A stretch of 64,000 nt of DNA from Batkoa obscura (Eukaryota): assembly GCA_030770535.1 (NCBI GenBank), contig JASVEC010000029.1, positions 62,001-126,000 of the forward strand, read 5' to 3'. Shown here one piece after another: positions 51,400 to 62,601 of the stretch. The notes below the pieces were generated by a model. The model was given only the letters and a program-made list of their open reading frames with translations. It was not told the origin of the DNA and ran no database searches. Every line of letters starts with the position of its first letter. The stretch's first letter is position 1. Position numbers and translations under genes: made by a program.

Positions 51400-52322
51400 T
51401 TTTTAAATTCAATTAAGTTTGTTTCCTTGATTTCAGTTTCTTATTTTTGAATTTTTAAAAGTAAACTTTGGCCTATTTATATCCGAATTTCACCCCTTTT
51501 TCTATTACTGCGGATAGTTGATAAACTTCCCTTACTTAATTTTATAAATAAATTGTTCAATAACTTGACTCCTTCACTGCGTAGTATTCTTTGAACTAAA
51601 TTGGTTGTATGATTTGTTGAATTAGTGAATTTAAAACTTTAAAAAATGTAAAAAATAATTCAATGTTGATAAATTTTAAAACTCAAATATCATTCTTTCA
51701 ATTAATTTGAATTTTTACTAGAGTATCTGCCCAAAGAATAGATCAGCCGCTTAAATTGAGAAAGTGGATTCTTGGTTTCAAAGTGGGCAAAGATATTATT
51801 AAATTATTAAATTCAGAGTCCAAAATGACACCAATTTAAACCCCAAGCTTTAGTAAAAGGCTAATATAAAATAAGGTGGTACAGAATAATAGTTACGTTA
51901 TATAATTAATTATTTGGAAATAATAATAACAATATTCAGTTAAATAAGCAATAAAACTATGGAATAGCCACTTTATCTTGAAATTTTTTTGTTTGTAGAG
52001 CAATCTTTCAAATAAAAACTCGTTGGTTAAAGGTTATGCTCTAATTTTTGAGAACATTCAAATTCAATAGCCCAAAGTTCCATCACCTTAATTTTTAAAA
52101 CACGCAAAATAATTTTTCAACATCCAATCAAACAAATACAAAAGGAATATACTTGCTGCGCGAATGAGAGGATGAATTTCAATAATTACGCAGCTAATGT
52201 AAAGTTATCCGAGTTATTATTGATATCGTGTTTATAATATAAATATAATAGGAATGAGATCTAAAGCCAATAAAAAACAACAAAGTTATCATCAAGAGAT
52301 TCGTGAATTCTACACTTAAAAT

Positions 52323-53939
52323 ATGTTTAAAAACCCTTCCGTAAGAACCAAACGCAATAGTAAAAGTGAAGGTGGAAGCGTTGATTCCAGCCCATGTAAA
52401 CGAACCGATTGTAATTCCACCATTTCATGGGGAGTATTATCCACCAGAAATATGCCTAATTCTAAAGTGAAAACAATTAATTTATTCAATGATGTAGAAG
52501 AGGTTCGATACAACCAGTTGTTGAATAACGAATTTAATGAACAAGTAGTATTTACATTTATCTATAACTCAGAGTATAATCTAATTTGTTATTTTGGTGA
52601 GGTTTATTTAAATCAATCGTTATTATGTAAAGGAAAACAATACAAGTTTAAAAATGAAGATGAGCTAGTTATTAAGTTGAAGGGTAATCAACAACTTAAA
52701 ATAGATATTCAAATTAAAACAGAGCAAACTAATAAGGTTATTAAAGATTTTAAAGATAATTTAACTTGTACTATTTGTAAATATATTTACTCTTTTCCAA
52801 TCACACTTATCCCATGTTTTCATACTTTTTGTGGTAAATGTATTATTCAAGAGTTTAAAGGTGATATGTTAACATGTCCAATGTGTAACCAATCAGTAGC
52901 TAAAGTTTATAAGAATGATGTACTTTCACAAATAGCACATAAATTATTATTAAATAGTAATGAGAGTGGATTAATTCCATTAGCATCTAATCATAATTAT
53001 ATTGATATTCAACAAGTGAAAAAAATGATTAATAAATATTTCGATGTAAGTAAAGTAAAAGAAATATCAAATTGCATTTATGAAATTAATTTTAAACGTA
53101 ATAGACCAATTATTAAATCAATTGAACCAATTGTTAAGTATAATGGGGAATATAACCAAGTTAGCTTAGACTTAAATAGGAAAGGAGATGATATGTCATT
53201 CAAAATCAATGTGGATTTGAAATCTTATAATAAATACAACAAATATAAAGATCAAGATAATATTCCAATTCATTCATATAAATGTACTTATTGTTTGCCA
53301 GTTAATTCTGAATCATCAAGATATTTATGTAACAGCCAAGAGCGTCATATAATATGTGATATATGTGATTTTTTTTATCCAGAAAAATTAAGGAAAAACA
53401 AAGATGGTTGTGCATTATGCTATACTAATTCTTGTCCTTCTTGTGATTTAATATTATATGAATTAGGAATTAAATTAGAATCAAAAAGATGGATAGCTTA
53501 TCAACCTAAATCTTTTCCATCGATTTGGTTTAATAGTAATACAATAGATAGTCAAATATTTCAAAATTATTTAAACTATTATAATTTATCACCAACTACC
53601 TTTTATCGACGTATTATTACTAAGATTCAAAATAAAGAGATAATATTACAAGATTTCAAATACCAAAATTTAACTTGGAATACAAAGGTTTGTGCTTTTT
53701 GTGTCAATAATGAATTATTTAATGAATTGGCTTTTCATTTTAGAGCTCAAATGACAAATGAGGAGTTACAATTGTTTCAAGAAGATATCAATATAAAGAG
53801 AAAAGATTGTTATTTTGGTAGAAAATGTGTTAAAAAATTGAGAACAAAAGGTAAAGAAGATTATAATCATGCTTGTCATCCTTGGGATCAATATTATGAG
53901 GATAACTCTATCGAGAAGGGTGTTTTTGATTTGAGATAG
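52323..53939 (+). CDS. CHFR-like RING E3 ligase, copy 2
   Basis: RING LTCTIC...PCFHTFCGKC...CPMC; shares FKRNRPIIKSIE, IHSYKC.YCLP and the Cys-rich tail with copy 1. Confidence 0.78.
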   Translation: MFKNPSVRTKRNSKSEGGSVDSSPCKRTDCNSTISWGVLSTRNMPNSKVKTINLFNDVEEVRYNQLLNNEFNEQVVFTFIYNSEYNLICYFGEVYLNQSLLCKGKQYKFKNEDELVIKLKGNQQLKIDIQIKTEQTNKVIKDFKDNLTCTICKYIYSFPITLIPCFHTFCGKCIIQEFKGDMLTCPMCNQSVAKVYKNDVLSQIAHKLLLNSNESGLIPLASNHNYIDIQQVKKMINKYFDVSKVKEISNCIYEINFKRNRPIIKSIEPIVKYNGEYNQVSLDLNRKGDDMSFKINVDLKSYNKYNKYKDQDNIPIHSYKCTYCLPVNSESSRYLCNSQERHIICDICDFFYPEKLRKNKDGCALCYTNSCPSCDLILYELGIKLESKRWIAYQPKSFPSIWFNSNTIDSQIFQNYLNYYNLSPTTFYRRIITKIQNKEIILQDFKYQNLTWNTKVCAFCVNNELFNELAFHFRAQMTNEELQLFQEDINIKRKDCYFGRKCVKKLRTKGKEDYNHACHPWDQYYEDNSIEKGVFDLR

Positions 53940-54110
53940 TATTATTGTATTTTAAAAAACCTGTTCCTTTTTATTTCTAATATCATTTTAATGTAATTTA
54001 TTACTTGATACTGATATGTTTTTACTTTAGACTTTAATAAACTATAATCTTTTGTTTTATACTTTCAATGATTTTATTTTAACTTTATTCTTTTGATGCA
54101 ATTAATATAT

Positions 54111-54209
54111 GGGGATGTATTTTTTTGTTTAAGAATTTTACTAACAATCTTTCTGCTCAAATAATGCTTAAAGAATGAAAAAAGCAATGAAACCCAAAAA
54201 AACATCCCC
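54111..54209 (-). mobile_element. 99-bp MITE, copy 16
   Basis: TIRs and core; flanks ATAT/ATGT. Confidence 0.9.
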
Positions 54210-54825
54210 ATGTATAGAGTCCAAATATCAATATTAAATAGTTGCCTAAAAGCGTACTCTGACTTTTAAACTGGGAAAAAAAATAAAAATTGAAAACAAA
54301 CTATATAATATCAAATTTATTAGATTTATTAATAATAATTATATGCACTTTATAATTTAAAATTTAAAATTCAATGTTTAAAGTTGAACTTATGATAATT
54401 AGTAAGTAATAAGTATAATGTGTAATAAATTTATTAGATATTATTTATTTTATAATATTTTATTATTTGAATGTGATAAAAATATAGAAAATAAAGCTCA
54501 TTTTTAAAAGCTAAATTTATAAAAGAGCTTAATAAAATAGAAAACTATTGGCTAAAACCGCTCTCATTTTTATGAGTTTAACTCAATCACTTTATTTCTC
54601 AAAACACGCTAAATCAGTTTTCAAAATCTAATCAAACAAACCTATCAAAAAAGCGATGCTGCGCGATTGAGTGGGTGATTTTCAATAAGCGCGCAGCTAT
54701 TGAAAATTATGATTAGAGATATGGTGTCGAAGAATATAAATAAACAGATATTTGAGCTTTAAAGAAATAAAAAAATTCAACTATATTGAGATTAAACTTT
54801 TAAAAATAACTCTATCTTTCCAAGA

Positions 54826-56454
54826 ATGTTTAAAAATAGGACCTTAAGAAATAAACGTGGTAGTAAAAGTGAAACTAGTAGTGTAGATTCTAGCCCATGT
54901 AAACGTATCAATGATAAAGTAATCCAACCATGGGCAGTGTTGTCAGCAAGAGATATGACCTATTCTGAAGTGAAAATGATTGGCCTGGTAAATGATACAG
55001 AAGAGATTCGTTATAATCAGTTGTTAAATAACGAGTTTAGTGAGCAAATAGTATTTACATTTACCTATAATTTGGATTATAGTTTAATTTGTTATTTTGA
55101 CGGAGTTTATTTAAATCAATTACCTTTAGATAAAGGGAAGCAGTATAAATTTAAAAATGAAGATGAGTTAAATATTAAATTAAAAGATGATAAACAAATT
55201 AAGTTGGATATTCAAATTAAAATGGAACAAAATAATAAAGTAATTAAGGATATTAAAGATAATTTAACTTGTATGATGTGCGATCAAGTCTATTCCTCTC
55301 CGGTTACTCTTATTCCATGTTTTCATACTTTTTGTGGTAAATGTATTATTCAAGAGTTTAAAGGTGATATGTTAGCATGCCCAACGTGTAATCAAACGGT
55401 AACTAAAATTTACAAGAATGATGTACTTTCACAAATAGCACACAAATTAGCATTAAATAGTAACGACAATAAGTCAATTCAAATTAAACCAAAGCAAGAA
55501 CCTATCAATACCCAACAAGTGAAAAAAATGATTAATAAATATTTCGATGTAAGTAAAGTAAAAGAAATATCAAATTGCATTTATGAAATTAATTTTAAAC
55601 GTAATAGACCAATTATTAAATCAATTGAACCAATTGTTAAGTATAATGGGGAATATAACCAAGTTAGCTTAGACTTAAATAGGAAAGGAGATGATATGTC
55701 ATTCAAAATCAATGTGGATTTGAAATCTTATAATAAATACAACAAATATAAAGATCAAGATAATATTCCAATTCATTCATATAAATGTACTTATTGTTTG
55801 CCAGTTAATTCTGAATCACCAAGATATGTATGTGATAGAAATGAACGTCATATAGTATGTAATATTTGTCAATATCTGTTCCCAGAAGAATTGAAGAAAG
55901 GTGATAGTAACAATTGCAATAATGATTGCGAATTATGCCATAACAATTCCTGTCCTTCTTGCAATTCTATATTAAAAGGGTTAGGCATCGAATTGGAATC
56001 TAAAGCATGGAATTTATATGAGCCCCAATCATTTCCATTAAAATGGTTTGATGGTAATTCGATTGATAGTCAGATTTTTCAAAACTATATAAATCATCAC
56101 GGTTTAACACCAACCACATTATACCAAAGTATCATCAGCAAACTTAAAAGCAAAGAGATAATACTACAAGATTTAAAATATAAAAATTTGAAATGGGATA
56201 AAATTGTATGTGAACATTGTATCAATGATGGTTTATTTAATGAATTGGCATTTCAATATAGAGCTCAAATGACTAATGAAGAATTACAAATGTTCCAAAA
56301 AGATACAAGTATTGAAAGGCAAAATTGTTATTACGGTAGAGCTTGTACTGGTAGATTTCTTGTTGAAGGACAAGAAGAATTTAATCATGCTTGTCATCCA
56401 TGTGATGAATATTATACTGATAATTACTTATATAAGCATATCTATAAGCTGTGA
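54826..56454 (+). CDS. CHFR-like RING E3 ligase, copy 3
   Basis: Tandem paralog of 52323..53939. Confidence 0.78.
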   Translation: MFKNRTLRNKRGSKSETSSVDSSPCKRINDKVIQPWAVLSARDMTYSEVKMIGLVNDTEEIRYNQLLNNEFSEQIVFTFTYNLDYSLICYFDGVYLNQLPLDKGKQYKFKNEDELNIKLKDDKQIKLDIQIKMEQNNKVIKDIKDNLTCMMCDQVYSSPVTLIPCFHTFCGKCIIQEFKGDMLACPTCNQTVTKIYKNDVLSQIAHKLALNSNDNKSIQIKPKQEPINTQQVKKMINKYFDVSKVKEISNCIYEINFKRNRPIIKSIEPIVKYNGEYNQVSLDLNRKGDDMSFKINVDLKSYNKYNKYKDQDNIPIHSYKCTYCLPVNSESPRYVCDRNERHIVCNICQYLFPEELKKGDSNNCNNDCELCHNNSCPSCNSILKGLGIELESKAWNLYEPQSFPLKWFDGNSIDSQIFQNYINHHGLTPTTLYQSIISKLKSKEIILQDLKYKNLKWDKIVCEHCINDGLFNELAFQYRAQMTNEELQMFQKDTSIERQNCYYGRACTGRFLVEGQEEFNHACHPCDEYYTDNYLYKHIYKL

Positions 56455-57468
56455 GGGTGTTTCTTTATAACACGATCTATTTCATTTATATTTTAGTTTT
56501 ACTTGAAATAATATATATTTACTTTTACATCACAATAAACCCTTACTTTTATCTTATTATACCTTTTAATGTTTTCTTTCGATTTCGTTCTATTATTCAC
56601 AATTTACATCTATCATAATATTCAAAGGGATTTTTTTCTACATTAACTAATTAAGGTTTAAAGAATTAAGGCCAAACAGTATAGAGTATTCTATTTTTTT
56701 CTTGAATTCAAAGCTATTTATCTGTAATATTTCATTCTTAATCCCATCACCTCCCAGAGTGCATTCTTTTGTTTTTTTCATGTCAAGACAATTAAGTAAA
56801 GGTTTATAATCCGCCTTGCCATCCAATTGTTTTGGAAAAAGTGTACCTCTTTATTTTCTGATTTTATCAGCCTTTGTATTAATTGCACTCTCCCTTTTAA
56901 CTTTGATAACAATTTGTTTTAACCCCCATGGTATTCAGTAGTTTATATTATTTACCATGGTTTCCATGGCTTATTTTATAAAACAATATTAACTATTTTT
57001 GCTGTATATACACTATTTGTAGAGCAAAAATGGCTTCTGGATAAAGGGTCCATATGTATCTCCTATTGTATTAAACACTCACTTTCTCAAAACAATAACC
57101 TTTCGGTCTAAGACTAAGATTTTCTATAGTCTGTAGTTAGAATCTTAGAGTTTTACCTAAATTTGATCATGTCCGCCTTTTATTCATTCTTTAAAACTTT
57201 GCTATCTTAAATTGACTATGCTTTGTTACGACAGCTAATAAAAAAGTTAGCCATCCAAATTTATAAAATTGAACAAAGATTTACTATGCTTTTAACTAGA
57301 CTTCTAACTTCACCTATCTATAATGTTTATTATTAAAGCATGGCTTTAATATACATATTTCTTTTTAAAATGATATTAATTCAGATATCACAATCCTTTC
57401 TATCTATTAAGCAAGTAGGATATTAATTCTCATCATACAATTTATAAAAAATAGAGAAAGTTATTATA

Positions 57469-57816
57469 CAGTTAAACATGTAAACTTCTCAGAAAGTCAC
57501 AACATTTCATAGCTTGTTTAAACTGATTTACTGCTTTCATGTTTCTGTAGATTGGTTTTATTTCAATTAAACTCATTATATTTATTATAATGATCATGTA
57601 GAGCAGTTGATTTTAGTATTCTCTTAAAAAATCAATAATTCGGAGTAACATTTTTTTCAAGGAGATGCTAAATGAACTGTGTTTCATGTGGTGATTAGAA
57701 TAAATAAAATGGGTTTGGTTGAAATAAAACCGTCTAAGAAGTATAAAAGTAGCGAATCAATTTAAACAAATTGCGAAATATTGTTAACTTTCTGAGAAAG
57801 TCCACGCGTTTGACTA
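57469..57816. mobile_element. Degenerate ~350-bp TIR element (Tc1/mariner- or pogo-like MITE remnant)
   Basis: Imperfect ~40-bp inverted repeats CAGTTAAACATGTAAACTTCTCAGAAAGT / ACTTTCTGAGAAAGTCCACGCGTTTGACTA, each flanked by TA. Confidence 0.5.
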
Positions 57817-58182
57817 TAGTTATCATGAATTATGGGATTCAATTAGACCTAATGAGCCTCCTTTTATAATCCCAAATTTAAACGTTAATGACGCAATAAT
57901 TCTTTAAGTATTAAAGGAGATATACGGTTTACGATCTAATGATATATGATTGTAATTTAATTACTTTTAAATGAAATATATAAGACTTATAGTCAACTAT
58001 TAAAGAAAACTCTTTAAAGGCACTTTTTGAGCTATTTTTACCTTCTAAAATCAATCTAGCTTGACCTTTACCAGCTTTTATCGAATAAGCTTATAATAAA
58101 GGATATTGATAACGAATAACAATTATATAATATAAAAAAATATTATGTAAACTATATAAAATTTTATTAAAAAATAAAGGTG

Positions 58183-58974
58183 TTACTCAAAGAGGTCGAC
58201 TAATACATAATCCTCCATTACTAATGGTTCTTCGATTTGAATACCATTAACATTATCGAAATTTGGCGAATAGTTACTGTCCAGATTGATAAAGCTATTT
58301 TCGATTGGACTTGAGAAATAATTGGTGTTTATGAAGGGATAGTTGCCGTCTTCAGTTAAAATAGGCGAGAAAAGATTATTGTTAGTCATATTAAATAAAT
58401 TAGTTTCATCTAACGATGAATGATTGTTTTGTGGCTGTGTTAACATGAGGGTGAGGTCAGAGAAGAGGTTAGATTGGTGTTTTGCTAAAGTAAGAGAGAG
58501 TTGAAATAAAAAGTTACTTTCGGGTTGTACTGCCAATGTTTGAACATCCGATAAAAGTTTAAAATATTGTTCTTTATAATCAATTACCGAAGTATCTTTA
58601 TCATCAGTATCTTTGTTGGTACTGGTAGCGCTTTCGCTATTGGTATCAACCACATCATCAATATGAAATTCATTCTTATAGAAGGTTAGTTTCTTTACTG
58701 GGGTAGGCGTAGCGAGATCCTTTTCATTTCTATCCTTGGCGCGTTGATTTTGGAAGAATACTTTAATACTATTTTCAGGGACACCAAACTCGCTCGCGAT
58801 TTTATTTCTTTCACTTCTACTTGGAATTTTATTTTTTTGATAGTTTTGCATTAATATCTCGCGTTGTTCTTCTGTAAATTTAATGCGCTGCTGTCTCTCC
58901 TTTTTAGCAGTTTTGCTAAAATCATAAAGAGTTAAGCTATCTTTCATTTGCCTTGGAAATGTCTTTTTAGCCAT
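58183..58974 (-). CDS. Homeodomain transcription factor
   Basis: RQQRIKFTEEQREIL...P...ER.KIA...IKVFFQNQRAK; acidic C-terminus; probable 5'-UTR intron just upstream (~58982-59033). Confidence 0.85.
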   Translation of the reverse strand: MAKKTFPRQMKDSLTLYDFSKTAKKERQQRIKFTEEQREILMQNYQKNKIPSRSERNKIASEFGVPENSIKVFFQNQRAKDRNEKDLATPTPVKKLTFYKNEFHIDDVVDTNSESATSTNKDTDDKDTSVIDYKEQYFKLLSDVQTLAVQPESNFLFQLSLTLAKHQSNLFSDLTLMLTQPQNNHSSLDETNLFNMTNNNLFSPILTEDGNYPFINTNYFSSPIENSFINLDSNYSPNFDNVNGIQIEEPLVMEDYVLVDLFE

Positions 58975-61250
58975 TGTAAATCTAACAATTTATTGTTAAA
59001 TGGTTTATATATACACAAAAAACAAATATTTACCTTGATTGAGATGAAGTGATCAAAAATATTTTAAGAGTAAAGTTGGAGGTGAAATTCGTGTCTTTTT
59101 ATACTTTCTAGACAAAACTCTGAATCATACACCCCCTACGCAGTTAATTCTAATTACTAAATTCGAGCGGAATTCAAGGCTCCACCAATCATTTTCGTAA
59201 TAGTGAAATCTATTCGAAAATTTGTTCATAATTAAATTTTGGGGATCAGTTTTGGTTATCATGTGGTTTAGTGTAAATTTGAAATATTTTATCATCTAAG
59301 TCTTCATAAATGGAGTCCCTTATTAACAAATGCTTTTAAATTTTATAAATCTCTAAATCTTTTAGATAAAAAATGATAATCTTTCATTTTCATTTAGTCG
59401 CTTTTAAGAATTATATATTTATTCCAAAATAAGAATAACGCAGTAAAAATAAAGGAAAGAATGAATTCACACTTCAAACTCTCGCATTTGATTAGCTAAT
59501 TTTAGAATCATGAGATCTGGTGTTTTTATTTTTTTGTGAAATAGAACACGCAATCGTGCTTTATCTACTTTAATTTTCAATACTATTAATTAAAATAAGA
59601 AAAGCTGTATTTATTAAATATTTCAAAAAGCAATCAATAAGGCTCACTTACCAGATTTAACTTAACTTACTTGTAAATAGGATCCTGAGACGGTCTATCC
59701 AAGGCATCTTCTATTTATATTAACCAAAAAGTAACTAAAACTACAGCTCTTACTGTTTTAAAAAATCCATTTATATCAATATTACCTTTTAAATAAAGTA
59801 TAGGTTTTCGCTAATAAAGAATAATCTGTTATAGTTTAGAATAAGCTTATTAAGGCTGAACTCTCAAATTAGAAGGAGAAATACATTTGATGGATATTAA
59901 GAGATCAAGCTGTGAAATTTCAAATGCTCTACATGAATTTCCACACGCTCTATAAACTATGAAGTGTATTTGAATAATATTTATAAAAATAGTCAATATC
60001 AACCTTATATAAAAATATGATTTTATGGTATTCTACTATCAAAATGGTAGCATATACCACTAGCCTCACAAAGCTAAAAATTGATGAGTTGTAAAACCAT
60101 TTGATCCATTTGACATACATACAGAAAGGACATTTTATATACAACGCACTTAGATATTTGAATAAATGACTTGAAAAGTATAGTAAATAATTAACATTTG
60201 CTAAATGCTAATTTAAAATATCAAGTGTCTTTAATAAATAATAATCTTTTCGCATGCAATGCAAAACTCCTAAATAAAGCGCAGTAAACCAATTAGATCG
60301 ACTTAACGTGAGCTTAATAGAGCCAATCAAATAAACGTGTCACTAGTTTTTTATTACATATCCAAATTTGAAACTTTCTGGGCTTTACTGGTTAACTGTA
60401 ATATAATGACCATGACAGATACATTCAGATTATTTACTTCAGATTTTTAACTATTACTGCAACTTTTGAAAATCTAGTGACGTTCAATAGGTTATATGTG
60501 GTATTTTAGCTTATTACGGCTATGACAAAAATTTTCAACAGACTGAAATAAAAAAATTTCGATAGTAATTCTCAACAAAATTTAACAAAGTTTAAAGTGT
60601 TATTTATAATGGAAATTCTAAGTTTTGTTCACTCTTACTAAAATTATTATCAAACTCTTCTCACTTCAGTTTGTTTAACTTTTTTTTCTTGCTATAGCTG
60701 TAGTAAGCTAAAAATGTTGTACTTTGACTTTTGAAAATAGTATTTATACTATCTTATACAATTTTATTAAAACTTATAAGCATTCCTGCTAATTAAGAAA
60801 AATTTATTGCAATATTCTATTTACATTACTTTAGAATAATATTTTCAAATCAAACATTACAAGAATATTTATTAAAGTGATTATTTTTTAAATTACCTTG
60901 AAAAGTAATGTCATAAAATTAACCTTGATTTTAGACTGTGATAATAATATTATAAATAGAAGTTATTTTTTTTTAATGATTAGTAATAACAGTATAACAG
61001 TTTATAAAGAACAAAGAAGCGGAAAAATATTCAAAGTTAGGAAATAAAAAATAAAAAGAAATAAAAAACGAGTTAATATAGAAGTATAATTGATCAATGG
61101 ATAAAAAAGTTTAACAAGATGGAGTCTCTCAAGAAACAGACTTTAACGGAAGCAAAGAGAGTAAATCCATTAGGGAAGAAAATTACCAAACGCTAATATA
61201 TAAAAGGAAAGGAACTAGACAATTAAAAGTATAAAGAATAAGAGGCATAT

Positions 61251-61349
61251 GGGGATGTATTTTTGTGTTTAAGGATTTTGCTACCAATTTTCCCACTGAA
61301 ATAGCGCTTAAAAGATAGAAAAAGTAATGAAGCCAAAAAAAACACCCCC
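61251..61349 (-). mobile_element. 99-bp MITE, copy 17
   Basis: TIRs and core; flanks ATAT/ATAT. Confidence 0.9.
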
Positions 61350-61548
61350 ATATTGTCATTATATTCCACATTCCACGTGAATATATTTAGTTGAAACTAA
61401 TAAGTGTAAAGATTCTAAAAATAAATACTCATTAATGTTCTTGTAGGAAAATAAGGAATAATAAAGCAAACACATGGTTCTAGGAATAAAAAAGTATTTG
61501 AAACATATAAAAGATTAAAAACTAATTATCAATAAATATAAGTTAAAC

Positions 61549-62435
61549 ATGAATCTCGTTTTTATTTTATTATCAGTATTATAATTTGCTTTAAGCAACG
61601 GTATATGGCTTAAAAAGAGCGCTACTAACTTAGCTTTGAAAGTTCCAACACAATATTTCAACACCCCAAAACATAGCTACGATGGTGATCAAAACAACTA
61701 TTATGAGTCAATCGTTCCAAAATCAGGCGCCAAAGGCTCCCCATTGCTTATTTGGCTATTAGGGGTGGTGCTTGGGTTAGCGAAGATATTGAATCAAGTA
61801 TAAGCATGGCTTATAAACTAGCTGACAAGAATATCACTACTACTATTTTACATCACAGATTGAGTCAAAGAAATCAACAATCTAACATCAAGTACTATGA
61901 TCATTTGAAGGATTCATTAGTTGTATTTGCCAATACTATACTTAGTTTAAAAGAATATAAGAAAATTTATTTAGGTAGTCATTCCCCTGGTGCTCATTTA
62001 ACTTCTTTAATGGCATTAAATGCTAATCACTATACTAATGATAGTAAACAATTGAGCCAAATCAAACAAATCAAAGGTGTGGTTTCCATTGACGACATAT
62101 TCAATATTCCATTTTTAGTTAGTAAATATGAAGAGTGTAATGAGGAATACATCATCCCATCATTTGGAGATAACCAAATTGAATGGAAGGCAGCATCACC
62201 ACAATCCGTTTCAAAAGAAGTAAATAAGATGGACTACAATCAGCTGCATAGTTACTTACTAATTGATTTTAAACAGGATACTTTAGTCAACCTTGAGCAG
62301 ACGCTCGAATTTACATGTCATTTAAAAGAAATTGGATTCAATAATGTACAAGTAGTAAGTGGTGACTTTAGTGACCATAGTGATATTCTAAAAAACACTA
62401 ATGTAATTGATCAAATTTATGAATTTATTTTGTAA
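61549..62435 (+). pseudogene. Secreted alpha/beta-hydrolase (kynurenine formamidase/esterase-like) pseudogene
   Basis: ATG 61549 starts a signal peptide broken by TAA at 61582-61584; frameshift at PLLIW/(H)GGAW near 61755; GSHSPGAHL nucleophile-like motif, D and H downstream. Confidence 0.72.
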
Positions 62436-62502
62436 TCTCCATAAATAGAATTACTTCATATACTTTTTGAAATTTTAGATTCATATTTATTGTCTTTTAT
62501 TT

Positions 62503-62601
62503 GGGGGTGTTTTTCTTGGTTTCATTGCTTTTTCCATTTTTTAAGCGCTATTTGAGCAGAAAGATTGTTAGTAAAATTCTTAAACACGAAAATACATCCC
62601 C
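62503..62601 (+). mobile_element. 99-bp MITE, copy 18
   Basis: TIRs and core; flanks ATTT/ATTT. Confidence 0.9.

Noticed and set aside
56700..57100. Coding-like minus-strand stretch, possible transposase remnant
   Set aside because: Interrupted frames and no identifiable motif.
28365..61371. Short ORFs 28365..28598, 37370..37588, 40246..40467 and 61183..61371 sharing FF.(V)S..F...RYL.GKIV-like peptides
   Set aside because: They are read-throughs of MITE copies, not a peptide family.
19747..61584. In-frame TAA codons suggesting TAA=Gln recoding
   Set aside because: Conserved genes here (ETFA, DPH6, MMAB, gamma-tubulin) end at TAA, and the affected genes carry other lesions.
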